DNA of 61,803 bases, counting the filler, from Candidatus Woesearchaeota archaeon (GTDB lineage Archaea; Nanobdellota; Nanobdellia; Woesearchaeales; B72-G16): the NCBI GenBank assembly GCA_003650545.1. It is 4 parts of 4 records of this genome, joined end to end, with 100 filler letters (N's around TTAATTAATTAA, not from the genome) between each part and the next. Parts side by side here need not be neighbours in the genome. Positions count along the whole stretch, not along the records: positions 47,468 to 61,803 come from QMQO01000033.1; 3 more parts are not named here. One strand, 5' to 3'. Of the stretch, positions 61,356 to 61,803 are shown one piece after another. Position numbers and translations under genes: made by a program. The notes beneath the pieces are model-generated. The model ran no database searches, was not told the DNA's origin, and saw only the letters and a list, made by a program, of their open reading frames with translations. The stretch's first letter is position 1, and each line of letters begins with the position of its first letter.

Positions 61356-61577
61356 ATGGTAAAAGTACTAGACAAGGCAAAGAAAGAATATTATGGCAGA
61401 AGAGCCAAGCTGGAAATGGCTGGCTGGATTTTAGGATTTATCAGCCTAGCTGTCATTATCGCAGGAATTCTATCACAAATAAAAACAGTTAGTGCTATTG
61501 GAATACTGCTTTTAGCAATTGCTGTATATCTAATAATTATGGGTAGGATAGCTCATCAGACATTGCTAAGGAAATAA
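61356..61577 (+). CDS. Small 2-TM membrane protein
   Basis: GGAGG RBS; two hydrophobic helices. Confidence 0.75.
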   Translation: MVKVLDKAKKEYYGRRAKLEMAGWILGFISLAVIIAGILSQIKTVSAIGILLLAIAVYLIIMGRIAHQTLLRK

Positions 61578-61684
61578 CATTAGAATTAATGATTATAGCT
61601 TCAATCAAAACTGAAGTTATGATTACATTTAAATATAGGTCTTAATTATTTACTTTAGTATATAGAAATCAGAGTATAATTAAA

Positions 61685-61803
61685 GTAAACAACTGTGGGC
61701 TGAAGCCCACAGCATTTCGCTTGGGTAGCGTGGCTATTCAAGCTTAGGCACAAAAACCTACCAATGATTTTTGTGCACGCATACGCTGTTGCTTAAGTCG
61801 AGC
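61685..61803. mobile_element. IS200/IS605-superfamily element end, possible omega-RNA scaffold (truncated)
   Basis: GTAAACAA-CTGTGGGC-TGAA-GCCCACAG perfect hairpin (61693-61712), then further stems at 61719-61743 and 61748-61776. Confidence 0.65.

Noticed and set aside
1..61803. tRNA, rRNA, CRISPR arrays, reverse transcriptase
   Set aside because: None recognised by eye; tRNAscan-SE, Infernal and CRISPR finders would be needed to exclude them formally.

Overview
The window is a concatenation of four unrelated contigs joined by artificial 100-nt spacers (N44-TTAATTAATTAA-N44 at 16737-16836, 32853-32952 and 47368-47467). (1) 1-16736 is one reading frame open at both ends (>5578 aa), a fragment of a giant bacterial protein; an Omnitrophota-like origin is inferred. 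It contains N-terminal repeats, membrane segments, a J-domain, a PPP-type metallophosphatase, an embedded SecA-like ATPase, three zincin-like motifs, a CCA/poly(A)-polymerase-like nucleotidyltransferase, a CheD/CNF1-like Cys-His domain and a UPF0489-like domain. It also carries ribosome-arrest-like motifs (GIRAPP, GIRGSP), a recurring KxENAG linker motif, and two in-frame copies of a 68-nt hairpin with compensatory base changes. (2) 16837-32852 is a minus-strand replication/repair module, probably from a large bacteriophage (no structural genes seen). It encodes sigma70, a minimal ATP-dependent ligase, minimal PolX, PolB next to a beta-clamp, family-4 UDG, tandem RecA paralogues (one with Walker A K->R), a Holliday-junction resolvase, endonuclease IV, an HTH-phosphoesterase and an FGE-sulfatase/C-lectin protein with a DGR variable-region signature. 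(3) 32953-47367 is a surface-glycosylation cluster, probably archaeal (wecB, three NDP-sugar epimerases, four GT4s, a GT-C-like membrane protein, a sulfatase-like enzyme, FkbM). (4) 47468-61803 is an archaeal contig, probably DPANN/Woesearchaeota-like, with a serpin, a DUF5320/NifX/COG1149/CDF/DUF134 operon with palindromic operators, thioredoxin/CcdA, cdc6, TsaC, small unannotated ORFs, a truncated integrase and an IS200/IS605-type end. All assignments come from motifs read by eye; no database searches were run.
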